DNA from: Candidatus Baldrarchaeum yapensis
GTDB lineage: Archaea; Asgardarchaeota; Baldrarchaeia; Baldrarchaeales; Baldrarchaeaceae
Reading direction: 5' to 3'
Assembly (NCBI GenBank): GCA_016840465.1
Contig: JAEOSH010000023.1
Coordinates: 1 to 28,107 of the forward strand
Length of the DNA stretch: 28,107 bases
Positions 15,976 through 25,173 of the stretch are shown piece after piece. The notes beneath the pieces were generated by a model, which was not told where the DNA came from, made no database searches, and saw nothing but the letters and a program-made list of their open reading frames with translations. Both the position numbers and the translations under genes were made by a program. Positions within the stretch are counted from its first letter, which is position 1. Every line of letters starts with the position of its first letter.

Positions 15976-17832
15976 CTAAATTAGTGCAAGCAACATTAGC
16001 ACGAGCATGGATACAGGAAGCACAAACAGAGAGTAATATCTTGCGGCTGATGCACCGGCTGTAACGAGATTTAAAAGAAGTGTGAAGTTCTTTCCAAGCA
16101 CCTTCAATCTTGGGACATTTACAATTTTAGATCCAACTTTTACCTCTTCTAGATTCTTAATCGCATCCAGCGCAACTCTTTTCGCTAATTCCACTATTTC
16201 GTCGTGCAATCCTCTTTCACCCAGATAATTCTGACCTGACAACTGGGTGATACCAGCGGTGTAGTGCGTATCAGTCGTACAAACCTCTACGATGATATCA
16301 TCGATTTTGTGCCCCATAGAGTATATTTCCTCCTTAGCGGCCGTTACAACAGTGTCTATTATCCTTTCCCTTAGCCCCCGCGCCAAATTATTGCTGTCAT
16401 AGACTATGATCAGTAGGAGTTTCCCGCCCACCGCGATGGCAATCGCACTCACACCATCAGGCCCCATGCCGTGCTCACTGGGTATCCCAGTATTCCTTAA
16501 CTTTGACACACCAGCCATGATGCTCCCCTCGTGTACCTGCCTATCCTTACCACCTATCAGCAGTCTTACCCCCTCCAGAATGTCAAAAAACTCCGGGGAC
16601 CCAACGTCGACTGGAAGTCGCCTTTCATCGATGCAATTATGTGCATCCACCATTATTAAATCCTCAATCGCCCTGATACCGCTAGAAGCAACAAGCCCCG
16701 CCTCTAGTGAAATATCATCCATACTACGGGGAGCCCGCGTCACAATGACTAAAAGACTCCCCCCAATTCCGATAGATGTATAGGAAAAGTCCTTATACTT
16801 TAGCGTGTACGGCACAAAGGCAACTTCATGGCAGTTTATGTTTTCGACCTCACTTAACACAACTTCCTCGATTTTCTTTATCTCAGACCTGCTTGCAAGG
16901 TCATATTCGTGAGTTGAGGGACCATGTAATACCAAAACCCTCGTGCCTAACTTCTCCTCCAGAGAGCGGCTCAAGATGAACGGCATATTACTGCTTCCAA
17001 TGTTGCCATAAAGTCCCGGATGTATGTAAGGTACTAGGAGAAGGGCCTTAAGCCGTCCATCGGCTTTTCTTCTGAACACAAAAATACCCACTGGGAGAGT
17101 CTTTTCCTCAGCTACCATCATCAGGTACTTTTCCATCAGTGCAGGCTCATGTACCATCCATTCTGCAAGTGCAGCCCTTAAGAGGTCAACTGCATCGACA
17201 CCAATGGACTTTTTACTGAAAGATCCCACACATGCCAGTAGCCCGTAACCGAATAGCAACCCCACAGCAAGCGGTACGAGTATTTTGAATAATAGTAGCG
17301 GAAGAGTCACTAGTGGGAGAGAAGAGTCAGCATATAACACCCAGGATACGGCAGGCAAATATATCAGGGATTGAGCGAGTGATAAGAATGCTGCATGGAT
17401 CCAAGACAATGAGCTTAGAGATCTACATGGAATCGTGACAACTGTTGCGATAAAGAACGTCATGAAGGGATATGCACACATTATCGTTATTGAGGGAAAC
17501 AGGCATGACAGTCCAAGTGTTATTACCAGTAATGTGGATGCAATAGTGTAGGATATGAGAAAAACCGCAACGCTTCTCCTAAAATCCAACATCCGGAACT
17601 TCTCACCTCTGGTCATGGTGCTGAGTAACATCGATGGCACAAATATTGAAAGAATTGAGAAGGCCATGAGTGTGAAAACTCCCATTAGTGTAACATTACC
17701 AAAAAGAAGCACGATTATCAGCGAGAATGCAAATGATAAAACTACTGAGAACTTCACGAGTTTCGGCAACCTCGGTAGGGAAAACATCCTAGAATACATC
17801 CTTTCCACATCACTTATGCTCACATCTACCAC
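15976..17832 (-). CDS. DUF2070-family membrane protein
   Basis: N-terminal multi-TM region, then a soluble domain with HPG..G..GSS, HGPSTHEYD, DAHN, DSNN and TTDTH motifs, and a C-terminal TM helix. Confidence 0.8.
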   Translation of the reverse strand: MVDVSISDVERMYSRMFSLPRLPKLVKFSVVLSFAFSLIIVLLFGNVTLMGVFTLMAFSILSIFVPSMLLSTMTRGEKFRMLDFRRSVAVFLISYTIASTLLVITLGLSCLFPSITIMCAYPFMTFFIATVVTIPCRSLSSLSWIHAAFLSLAQSLIYLPAVSWVLYADSSLPLVTLPLLLFKILVPLAVGLLFGYGLLACVGSFSKKSIGVDAVDLLRAALAEWMVHEPALMEKYLMMVAEEKTLPVGIFVFRRKADGRLKALLLVPYIHPGLYGNIGSSNMPFILSRSLEEKLGTRVLVLHGPSTHEYDLASRSEIKKIEEVVLSEVENINCHEVAFVPYTLKYKDFSYTSIGIGGSLLVIVTRAPRSMDDISLEAGLVASSGIRAIEDLIMVDAHNCIDERRLPVDVGSPEFFDILEGVRLLIGGKDRQVHEGSIMAGVSKLRNTGIPSEHGMGPDGVSAIAIAVGGKLLLIIVYDSNNLARGLRERIIDTVVTAAKEEIYSMGHKIDDIIVEVCTTDTHYTAGITQLSGQNYLGERGLHDEIVELAKRVALDAIKNLEEVKVGSKIVNVPRLKVLGKNFTLLLNLVTAGASAARYYSLFVLPVSMLVLMLLALI

Positions 17833-17964
17833 CGCACCTCAACGCTCACATGCGGAGAACCCACGTAGGCTATCATAACATTCCCGTGTTACTAAAGGTA
17901 TCGGCACCCAGTAACCGTTGCGTCATGAGGCACTATAGAGGAGGACAGAATAAAACCAGAACCT

Positions 17965-18678
17965 TCATACAAATCCGCTATCCTCGAAGACATCCCTTTT
18001 CTTTTCACTCATTGTTGCCTGCTCATCACCCTCCGGACTCTCAGATAACTCCTCAAGCAAACTCTGGACGAGCATCGATAGCGCATCTCTACCACCGCAT
18101 TTTATCGACAACTCTATCAGGTTCATCGTTAAGTCCTTCAGGCTTCGGAGCAACTCCGTTTTTATGAAAATATCGTCTATCCTCTTAATTCCACGAAGCA
18201 ATGCCTTCAGAGATACAAACACCTGCGAAAAAATGGAAAATACCTCCTCGGGAAGGGCAACCGCCTCGGTCTTCTCGGCTTTGACGAACCCCAGCAAACT
18301 TCTGTAAAGATCCTGTAGCACGAGGGTAAGATCTTCTCCATTCTTTATCCTCTTACTAGCGGTCTCAAGAAGCGCCTTCACATCGTTACTTTTCAGAAAA
18401 ATGGTGCCCGCATCCTCCTTATCGAAGAAGCACACAACACAGAAGTCTCCTATTCTGTCCGAATGATCGAAGTACGCGCAAGCAAACATGTCAACTCCTT
18501 GAAGGTAAGAATAGACGAAATTCTCCTCTCCCTTCCTTTTGCTCATATCTTTGAGCAGCCATAACTGCAGAGACACATCCGCAACATCAATGTCTTGGAG
18601 GAAATTCCACGGAAACCTTTCCTCCATGAGCGGCCCTAACTTCAAATCGAACCTTATGAGGCTTGTTCCCCTGATCAT
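17965..18678 (-). CDS. Longin/uDENN-like domain protein with helical C-terminus
   Basis: N-terminal beta strand plus FDLKLGP (F-D/H-x3-G-P motif of uDENN/longin proteins), a helix, then a three-strand meander (FVYSYL/FACAYF/FCVVCFF) and helices. Confidence 0.55.
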   Translation of the reverse strand: MIRGTSLIRFDLKLGPLMEERFPWNFLQDIDVADVSLQLWLLKDMSKRKGEENFVYSYLQGVDMFACAYFDHSDRIGDFCVVCFFDKEDAGTIFLKSNDVKALLETASKRIKNGEDLTLVLQDLYRSLLGFVKAEKTEAVALPEEVFSIFSQVFVSLKALLRGIKRIDDIFIKTELLRSLKDLTMNLIELSIKCGGRDALSMLVQSLLEELSESPEGDEQATMSEKKRDVFEDSGFV

Positions 18679-18731
18679 TGTGATCACTATCACGAATAGT
18701 TGTATTATCGATTACTATTTTAGAGTCCTAC

Positions 18732-19487
18732 TTATAAAAATTGTTTATTTGTACCTTGATTCGGATTTGACATCGAAATTATCCGCAATTTTTTCAAAAT
18801 GGGCATCTTCTCGATCGCCTCCTTTGTCAATTTGTTCCACAATATCCTATTCGGTTTAGGGTATGAGGTGTTCGTTCTAATGACCCGAGTGGGCGTAACT
18901 ATAATGTCTACCGGAACGTCATGAGTCTCGAATGGAATACCCTCGACCACCTGCACGTCATGAGCAGTCGCAACAACCGGCACCTCCTCTCCAAGTGCAC
19001 CCGCTGTTCTCAGAATAACATATTCAAGGTCCCCGTACCCGTGTCCCTTGCCCAGCTTCGCCCCATCCGGAGAAACCGCGACAACTCCCGTCACGAAAAG
19101 ATCCACGTTAAGTCTCGGAATATCAACCGTTCGCCCGTATTTGAAAGCCCCCGATATCGTGGATGCCTCGTTGACTCTATTAGGGGGGACTGAACCGGCC
19201 TCGATTACGAGGAAGCCCTTTCTTAGTCTCGGGGTTGCTATGACAAGAACTTTACCATCTCTAAGCGCAAACTCCCTCACTGGGCGTTGAGGGCTGTCCG
19301 GATTGCAGAAGATAACGTTTGCCCTTTCGTATTCGGGTAAACAACGAAGCCTTTCCGCCGCCTTTTCTGCACCGATAAAATTGGGTATTCTTCCCCGCAC
19401 CGGTAATGGGAATCTTGCTATGCCTCTCTCCTCCATAAGTCTCCATATTGTCTCCCTAATTTCTCGCTTCCTCTCCTCGACGCCCAT
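18732..19487 (-). CDS. 5-formyltetrahydrofolate cyclo-ligase family protein (MTHFSD/COG0212-paralog type)
   Basis: GRIPNFIGA, NPDSPQRPVR, TPRL, KLGKGHGYGDLEY and HDVPVDIIVTP. Confidence 0.85.
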   Translation of the reverse strand: MGVEERKREIRETIWRLMEERGIARFPLPVRGRIPNFIGAEKAAERLRCLPEYERANVIFCNPDSPQRPVREFALRDGKVLVIATPRLRKGFLVIEAGSVPPNRVNEASTISGAFKYGRTVDIPRLNVDLFVTGVVAVSPDGAKLGKGHGYGDLEYVILRTAGALGEEVPVVATAHDVQVVEGIPFETHDVPVDIIVTPTRVIRTNTSYPKPNRILWNKLTKEAIEKMPILKKLRIISMSNPNQGTNKQFL

Positions 19488-19555
19488 AACCGGCACCTTT
19501 CACTATTGATGACCTAAAATGGTACACACTCTCCACAAGCTTTACTGGAAGGTAT

Positions 19556-19567
19556 GCACACGTGTGC
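19556..19567. promoter_or_regulatory. Perfect 12-bp palindrome GCACACGTGTGC between divergent promoters
   Basis: Read directly, about 30 nt upstream of the ileS BRE/TATA. Confidence 0.35.
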
Positions 19568-19597
19568 CACACGACCCCACTTATGTGTGATATCGGA

Positions 19598-19612
19598 GAA
19601 AAAGTTTTAAAT
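19598..19612 (+). promoter_or_regulatory. BRE/TATA promoter of ileS-rpl22e
   Basis: GAAAAAG followed by TTTTAAAT, a consensus archaeal promoter, implying a leader of about 165 nt. Confidence 0.6.
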
Positions 19613-19630
19613 TAGTGGATCGTGGGAATA

Positions 19631-19726
19631 TTTGCGAGGTGCAAAACGTGAGGGATCGCAAAATCCACATACTCCCTTCATCCCTCCACGCCTGAGTTAC
19701 CACTCGCGTCTAGTTCTACTAGTTTT
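19631..19726 (+). ncRNA. Putative structured 5' leader of ileS
   Basis: CGTGAGGGAT (19647-56) pairs with ATCCCT-C-CACG (19680-90), and GCGAG pairs with CTCGC as an outer stem. A competing pairing is TTTGCGA (19631-37) with TCGCAAA (19656-62). Confidence 0.3.
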
Positions 19727-19797
19727 AATGCTCGAAAGGATCCATCTTTGGCTTCTACTCGCACATTACCAGAAATTGAAGGAAATCGGAGGGAACT

Positions 19798-22700
19798 TTG
19801 TTGGAAGAGGATCATGTGAGAGCATTATCCGGAAACTATGAACCCCATAAGGTAGAGCAGGAGATATTCGAGTTCTGGGAACGGGAGAAGATCTACGAAA
19901 AGGCAAAGAACAAGGGAGAAAAGAAGTTCTACTTCCTAGACGGTCCCCCCTATGTCACAAACCCCATACACGTGGGAACTGCATGGAACAAAATAATGAA
20001 AGACGTAATATGCAGGTTCAGGAGAATGCAGGGATACCTCGTGCGTGATCAGCCGGGCTACGACTGCCATGGACTGCCAATTGAGGTACAAGTTGAGAGG
20101 ATGCTCGGAATAAAGCACAAGTGGGAAATAGAGAAGATGGGACTCGAAAACTTCATAAAAACTTGTAAAGAGTTCGCGCTGAAACACGAAAAGATATTAA
20201 CGCAACAGTTCAAGAACCTCGGTGTCTGGATGGATTGGGAAAACCCCTACATGACGCTCACTGATGAGTACATAGAATCAGCATGGTGGTGGATAAAGAA
20301 AGCATATGAGAAGGGATTGCTCGTCAAAGGCAAGCGAGTCGTCCACTGGTGCCCCCGCTGCGAAACCACCCTCTCCGGATATGAAATCACGGACGAATAT
20401 AGAGATGTTTCAGACCCTTCAATATACGTCAAATTCCCAGTGGTCGGCAAGGAGAAAGAGTACATAGTGATATGGACGACGACCCCTTGGACACTCCCCG
20501 CAAACGTTGCGGTGATGGTACATCCTCATTATACGTACGCAAGAGTAAAGGTCGGGGATGAAGTGTACATAATGGCGCTGGAGAGAGTTCCCGAAGTAAT
20601 GCAGGAGGTCGGAATAGAGAAGTATGAGATATTGGAACGCTTTCCCGGATCCAAGTTGGAGGGCCTTAAGTACAGATCTCCACTCGCAGAGGAGGTTCCG
20701 CTCCAGGCAAAACTCGATGAAATGGAAAATGCCCACATAGTTGTACTCTCCGAGGAATATGTTACACTCACAGAAGGATCGGGGTGTGTCCACTCCGCCC
20801 CCGGACATGGAGAAGAGGACTATGAGGTCGGTTTAGAGTATAACCTCCCAATGCCGAGCCCGGTGGATAGCTCCGGAAGGTTCACTGAGGAGGCCGGAAA
20901 GTACGCTGGACTGTACGTTAAAGATGCAGACAAAATAATAATAGAGGATCTGAAGCGGAAGGGATACCTCCTATACAGCGGTAGAATTGTGCACAAGTAC
21001 CCGCACTGCTGGCGATGCAAGAGTCCGCTGATTCTCCGATTGACCGATCAATGGTTCATAAAAATAACGGCCATAAAGAAGAAACTGCTGGAAGAAAATG
21101 AAAAGGTGTTCTGGGTTCCCAGATGGGCAGGGTTTAGCAGATTCAAGAACTGGTTAGAGAATGCAAAGGACTGGGTAATCTCACGTCAGAGGTACTGGAA
21201 CACCCCACTTCCGGTATGGGTGTGCGAGAAGTGCGGAAACGAGGTAGTAATAGGTTCTAAGGAGGAACTTCTCCAAAAGGCGATCGAGGTTCCCGAGTAC
21301 CTAGAACTACACCGTCCCTGGGTCGATAAGGTGTTACTAAAATGCGAAAAATGTGGAGGGGTGATGAGAAGGGTTCCTGACGTGCTTGACGTGTGGCTTG
21401 ACTCAGGAATTGCCTCATTTGCCTCCCTTAATTATCCAAAGAACGAGCAGGACTTCAAGAAATGGTTCCCCGCTGACGTGGTGCTTGAGGGTCACGATCA
21501 GACGAGAGGATGGTTCTACACACTTCTGTGCACCTCAGTACTGGCGTTTGACGTTGCGCCCTACAAGGCGGTGGTGATGCACGGCTTCGCATTAGATGCA
21601 AAGGGAAACAAGATGTCAAAGAGCTTGGGCAACTTCGTTGCACCGGAGGACGTGATAGAGAGGTTCGGAAGAGACATCCTCAGACTGTACCTGCTACAGA
21701 ACACCACATGGGAAGACCTGAGGTTCAACTGGGAGGGAGTGGAAGAAGTTCAGAGGATAATGAACGTCCTGTGGAATGTATTTGTCTTCGCGACAACGTA
21801 TATGGAACTTGATAAGTTCTCGCCCAAGAAGTACTCACTTAGGGATCTGCTCCCGCATATGGCCCCAGAAGACAGGTGGATGCTGTCGAGAATAAACTCG
21901 GTCGTTAAGAGCGTAACAAAGAAACTCGACGAGTATCTCTTCCATGAGGCAACCCGAGAACTTCTGGACTTCATAGTCGAGGATGTAAGCCACTGGTATA
22001 TAAGGTTGATTAGACGCAGAGTTTGGATAGAAACCGAAGACATTCGCAAAACGATCGCATATGCAGTTCTCTACGATGTCCTCAAGAAATTCATACTGTT
22101 ACTGGCTCCGCTTGCGCCGTTCATAACCGAGAAACTATACCAGTTCATGGTGAGACCCGTAGAACCCGAAATGCCCGAAAGCGTCCACCTCTGCAGGTAC
22201 CCCGACCCGGATGAGGAGTTCATAGACAAGGAACTCGAAAAGATGATGAGTATCGTGAGGGAGATCGTATCGGCTGCTAATAGCGCGAGACAAGCGGCAA
22301 CGCCTCCTATAAAGATACGACAACCCCTAAGTGAAGTGATCGTACTAACCGACGATGAACTCGTGAAAAAAGCAGTAGAACGCCTTAGTGAGGTGATATG
22401 CGATCAGTCCAACGTCAAAGAGATCAAAGTCTTGCCGTTAAGTGAAGAATTGAAGTTCAAGAAAGTGGAACTGAAGCCACGAATGAATGTGCTAGGACCT
22501 AAGTATAAGGATCTGGCAAAGAGAATTGCAGAAGAACTATTGAAGGTAGATGCGGAGGAGGTTCTGAGGTCAATTGGAGAGAAGGGAACTTACGAATTAA
22601 GAGTCAATGGTAGATCGGTGAGCATAACAGAAGAAGACATAGAGGTTGAGGAAAAGGTAGTATCCGGATTCTCACGCGCGGAAACGAGGTATGGAAAGGT

Positions 22701-23007
22701 GTATCTTAACACGAGGATAACGAGAGAACTCAAGGCCGAAGGACTGGCACGTGAGGTCATCAGAAGGCTGCAGGAAATGAGAAAGCAGGCACAACTCAAG
22801 CTCGAGGAGTACGTGAGGATGTTCGTGCAATGTCCGTCCGAAGAAGATGTCGAGCTACTTAACGAGTTGAAGGACTTTGTGTCCAGAGAGGTCAGGGCAT
22901 CGCAACTTATGATATTAAAGCCCAGTGAGACACCACCAAAGATGAAGTTTACTAAGGAATGGAATATTGATGAAAGTAAGTATGTGATGGGCCTCGACAT
23001 CCAGTGA
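19798..23007 (+). CDS. ileS: Isoleucyl-tRNA synthetase (archaeal/eukaryotic type)
   Basis: FLDGPPY, HIGH-like HVGTAWNK, WTTTPWTLP editing domain, DWVISRQRYW and KMSKS. Confidence 0.97.
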   Translation: MLEEDHVRALSGNYEPHKVEQEIFEFWEREKIYEKAKNKGEKKFYFLDGPPYVTNPIHVGTAWNKIMKDVICRFRRMQGYLVRDQPGYDCHGLPIEVQVERMLGIKHKWEIEKMGLENFIKTCKEFALKHEKILTQQFKNLGVWMDWENPYMTLTDEYIESAWWWIKKAYEKGLLVKGKRVVHWCPRCETTLSGYEITDEYRDVSDPSIYVKFPVVGKEKEYIVIWTTTPWTLPANVAVMVHPHYTYARVKVGDEVYIMALERVPEVMQEVGIEKYEILERFPGSKLEGLKYRSPLAEEVPLQAKLDEMENAHIVVLSEEYVTLTEGSGCVHSAPGHGEEDYEVGLEYNLPMPSPVDSSGRFTEEAGKYAGLYVKDADKIIIEDLKRKGYLLYSGRIVHKYPHCWRCKSPLILRLTDQWFIKITAIKKKLLEENEKVFWVPRWAGFSRFKNWLENAKDWVISRQRYWNTPLPVWVCEKCGNEVVIGSKEELLQKAIEVPEYLELHRPWVDKVLLKCEKCGGVMRRVPDVLDVWLDSGIASFASLNYPKNEQDFKKWFPADVVLEGHDQTRGWFYTLLCTSVLAFDVAPYKAVVMHGFALDAKGNKMSKSLGNFVAPEDVIERFGRDILRLYLLQNTTWEDLRFNWEGVEEVQRIMNVLWNVFVFATTYMELDKFSPKKYSLRDLLPHMAPEDRWMLSRINSVVKSVTKKLDEYLFHEATRELLDFIVEDVSHWYIRLIRRRVWIETEDIRKTIAYAVLYDVLKKFILLLAPLAPFITEKLYQFMVRPVEPEMPESVHLCRYPDPDEEFIDKELEKMMSIVREIVSAANSARQAATPPIKIRQPLSEVIVLTDDELVKKAVERLSEVICDQSNVKEIKVLPLSEELKFKKVELKPRMNVLGPKYKDLAKRIAEELLKVDAEEVLRSIGEKGTYELRVNGRSVSITEEDIEVEEKVVSGFSRAETRYGKVYLNTRITRELKAEGLAREVIRRLQEMRKQAQLKLEEYVRMFVQCPSEEDVELLNELKDFVSREVRASQLMILKPSETPPKMKFTKEWNIDESKYVMGLDIQ

Positions 23008-23017
23008 GGTGCATAGG

Positions 23018-23296
23018 GTGCCGGTCGAGGCGTGCAAAATAGAGTGTAGTAAACTGGCGATGGATAAAGGGACCGAGTTGGTAAGCAGGCTTGCAGAGTT
23101 CATGAAGGAGAAACTGAAGGGCTATGACGTAAAGGTTGATGGAACCACAGTGATAGTTTCGGGAGAAGGTGGAGTGACAAAAAGGAAGGTCCGCCTATAC
23201 ATAAAGAAATTTTTGCACAAAAACGAACTTAAAGACACATTTAAAGTGATCGCTGGTAACGCGGAGACATTCGTCATACATAAAATGAAAAAATGA
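23018..23296 (+). CDS. rpl22e: Ribosomal protein eL22 (L22e)-like
   Basis: IECSKL...LAEFMKEKL...KRKVRLYIKKFLHKNELKDTFKVIAGNAETFVI aligns by eye with eukaryotic RPL22 (LDCTHP...FEQFLQERI...[33 protein letters not shown]). GAGGTG precedes GTG 23018. Confidence 0.75.
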   Translation: MPVEACKIECSKLAMDKGTELVSRLAEFMKEKLKGYDVKVDGTTVIVSGEGGVTKRKVRLYIKKFLHKNELKDTFKVIAGNAETFVIHKMKK

Positions 23297-23305
23297 TGTT
23301 TTTGC

Positions 23306-25162
23306 TCAGCCCCATAGATCTTTTGCAACATCACTCAGTCCAAGCTCCTCCAATTTTTCTCTCGCCGGCTTTCCGGTCTCCCAGTCCCATTTTCTCTCTT
23401 TGTAGTATCCTCTTAGCAATGTCTCCATATCCGGCGAGAATCCTTGGGTTGCACCCTCCTTCAATGGCTCAATTGCAATTCTTGGAAGCCTGTCATCCGC
23501 CCTTGTAACCCCTAATTTCACATTAATTGCCCTCTTTAAGTTGAAAATTCTCTCCCCAGTCGTCAGTACAGTTTTTGCATCAAAGTTCCACCCTGTAATC
23601 GCAGTGAGCATTCGTGCCACTTGACTGGGCGTGTTTATCTGCGAGAACTGACATAGCAGAAGCGCATTATACAGTTCCCTGAAGTTCTGCCATCGTGCTG
23701 CCATTGCACCTTTTGCCTCGCTACACTCAAATCTGTCTCCGGCGCTGACCTTTGCCTCAAAAACATCAATACCCATGTCTATATACCAGTAGTCTGCCCT
23801 CAGGTGACATGCTCCACGTGGACTTGTCGCGTAGCACACGGCCTGGCCAGCAAAGGCCCGAGGATCATGCATGGGTATCTCGAGCCCCTTCACATGAGCA
23901 GCCTCGTCTTGACTCACCCCCAACTTCTCCGCAATTCTTTTGACACCCTCAGCAAGCAGATCCCCGATTCCTTCACGCTTTGCGATCATCTGTACGAGCT
24001 TTACTATGGTCTCGCCATCCCCCCACTTTATCTCAAGCCCCGCTTTATCCTTTGTCAGAATTCCCTTTTCATAAAGGTACATCGCAAACGCTATCGACAT
24101 TCCCGTCGATATTGTGTCGAGCCCAAAATCGTTGCAGAGATGATTTGCGTATACTATGGTGTCTAGGTCAAAGTTCCAGCACAGAGGCCCGAACGACATG
24201 ACAGTCTCGTACTCGGGCCCATCCACTTCATCAATGCCAAATTTCCCAAACTTCGTCAGCCGTCCACACCCTATGGGGCACCCATAGCACGAAACCGAAA
24301 ATACAGAGTATCTCTCTCTCAGAGCCTTCCCGTCAACCTTATCTACCGGGAAGACGCTCCGAGTAAAGTACCTCGCAGGCCCATCTCCAATATACATGGA
24401 TATGTCAGTGTATGCAGGGGTTCCAAATTCGTTTAGCAAACTAGTAAACGCAACCGAAACCAAACCTGCAGGCGAAATCGCTGCCGCCTCGAGAGCCTTC
24501 ACCTCTGCTTTTAACCGATCTGGATCTTTTATCTCCGGCCGTTTATCACCATGTACAACGATAGCCTTAAGCTTCTTTGACCCCATGACAGCACCCAGCC
24601 CGCACCTTCCAGCAGCTCTTCCATGATCGTTCATAACGGCAGCGTACTTTACGAGGTTCTCGCCTGCCTGTCCAATCGCTGCAACTCTAGCCCTCTTTTC
24701 ACCAACCTCCTTTATGAGAGTATCTCTTGTTTCGTAGAATCCTTTGCCCCAAAGGTGGGAGGCGTCCCGGATTTCCGCACTTCCATCATGAACATACAGA
24801 TAGACGGGCTTATCGGATTTCCCTGTAATAATAATTCCATCAAAACCGGTAGATTTTAGAGCAACCGCGAAAAAGCCACCACTCGTTGCCTCTCCCCAGA
24901 TGTTAGTAAGCGGAGACTTCGCACAAACAGCATGTCTTCCCGAAGATGGCACCCCAGATCCCGTGAACGGCCCTGTTATAAATGCAAGTGGGTTTTCCGG
25001 ACCTAAAGGATCTAGATCCTTCGTCATGAACCTATACAGGAGTCTTGCTGCTAAGCCCGACCCACCTATGAAGTTCTTCAAATCTTCTTCTTTTAATTCG
25101 ACAGTTTTCGTTTCCTTTTTACTCAAATCAACCCACAGAACCTTACCATGATACCCATACAT
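23306..25162 (-). CDS. aor: Tungsten-dependent aldehyde:ferredoxin oxidoreductase family protein
   Basis: KSPLT, GRAAGRCGLGAVMGSKKLKAI, CYGCPIGC, EYET, CNDFGLDTIS and RGACH. Confidence 0.93.
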   Translation of the reverse strand: MYGYHGKVLWVDLSKKETKTVELKEEDLKNFIGGSGLAARLLYRFMTKDLDPLGPENPLAFITGPFTGSGVPSSGRHAVCAKSPLTNIWGEATSGGFFAVALKSTGFDGIIITGKSDKPVYLYVHDGSAEIRDASHLWGKGFYETRDTLIKEVGEKRARVAAIGQAGENLVKYAAVMNDHGRAAGRCGLGAVMGSKKLKAIVVHGDKRPEIKDPDRLKAEVKALEAAAISPAGLVSVAFTSLLNEFGTPAYTDISMYIGDGPARYFTRSVFPVDKVDGKALRERYSVFSVSCYGCPIGCGRLTKFGKFGIDEVDGPEYETVMSFGPLCWNFDLDTIVYANHLCNDFGLDTISTGMSIAFAMYLYEKGILTKDKAGLEIKWGDGETIVKLVQMIAKREGIGDLLAEGVKRIAEKLGVSQDEAAHVKGLEIPMHDPRAFAGQAVCYATSPRGACHLRADYWYIDMGIDVFEAKVSAGDRFECSEAKGAMAARWQNFRELYNALLLCQFSQINTPSQVARMLTAITGWNFDAKTVLTTGERIFNLKRAINVKLGVTRADDRLPRIAIEPLKEGATQGFSPDMETLLRGYYKERKWDWETGKPAREKLEELGLSDVAKDLWG

Positions 25163-25173
25163 TCCTAAACACC

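Noticed and set aside
17888-17915. SECIS-like hairpin (GTTACT...AGTAAC)
   Set aside because: It lacks the GAA/A internal-loop consensus, and no neighbouring gene shows an in-frame UGA.
19632-19841. Leader-peptide attenuator for ileS
   Set aside because: The ORF is not Ile-rich near the structured region, has a TTG start with no SD, and overlaps ileS out of frame.
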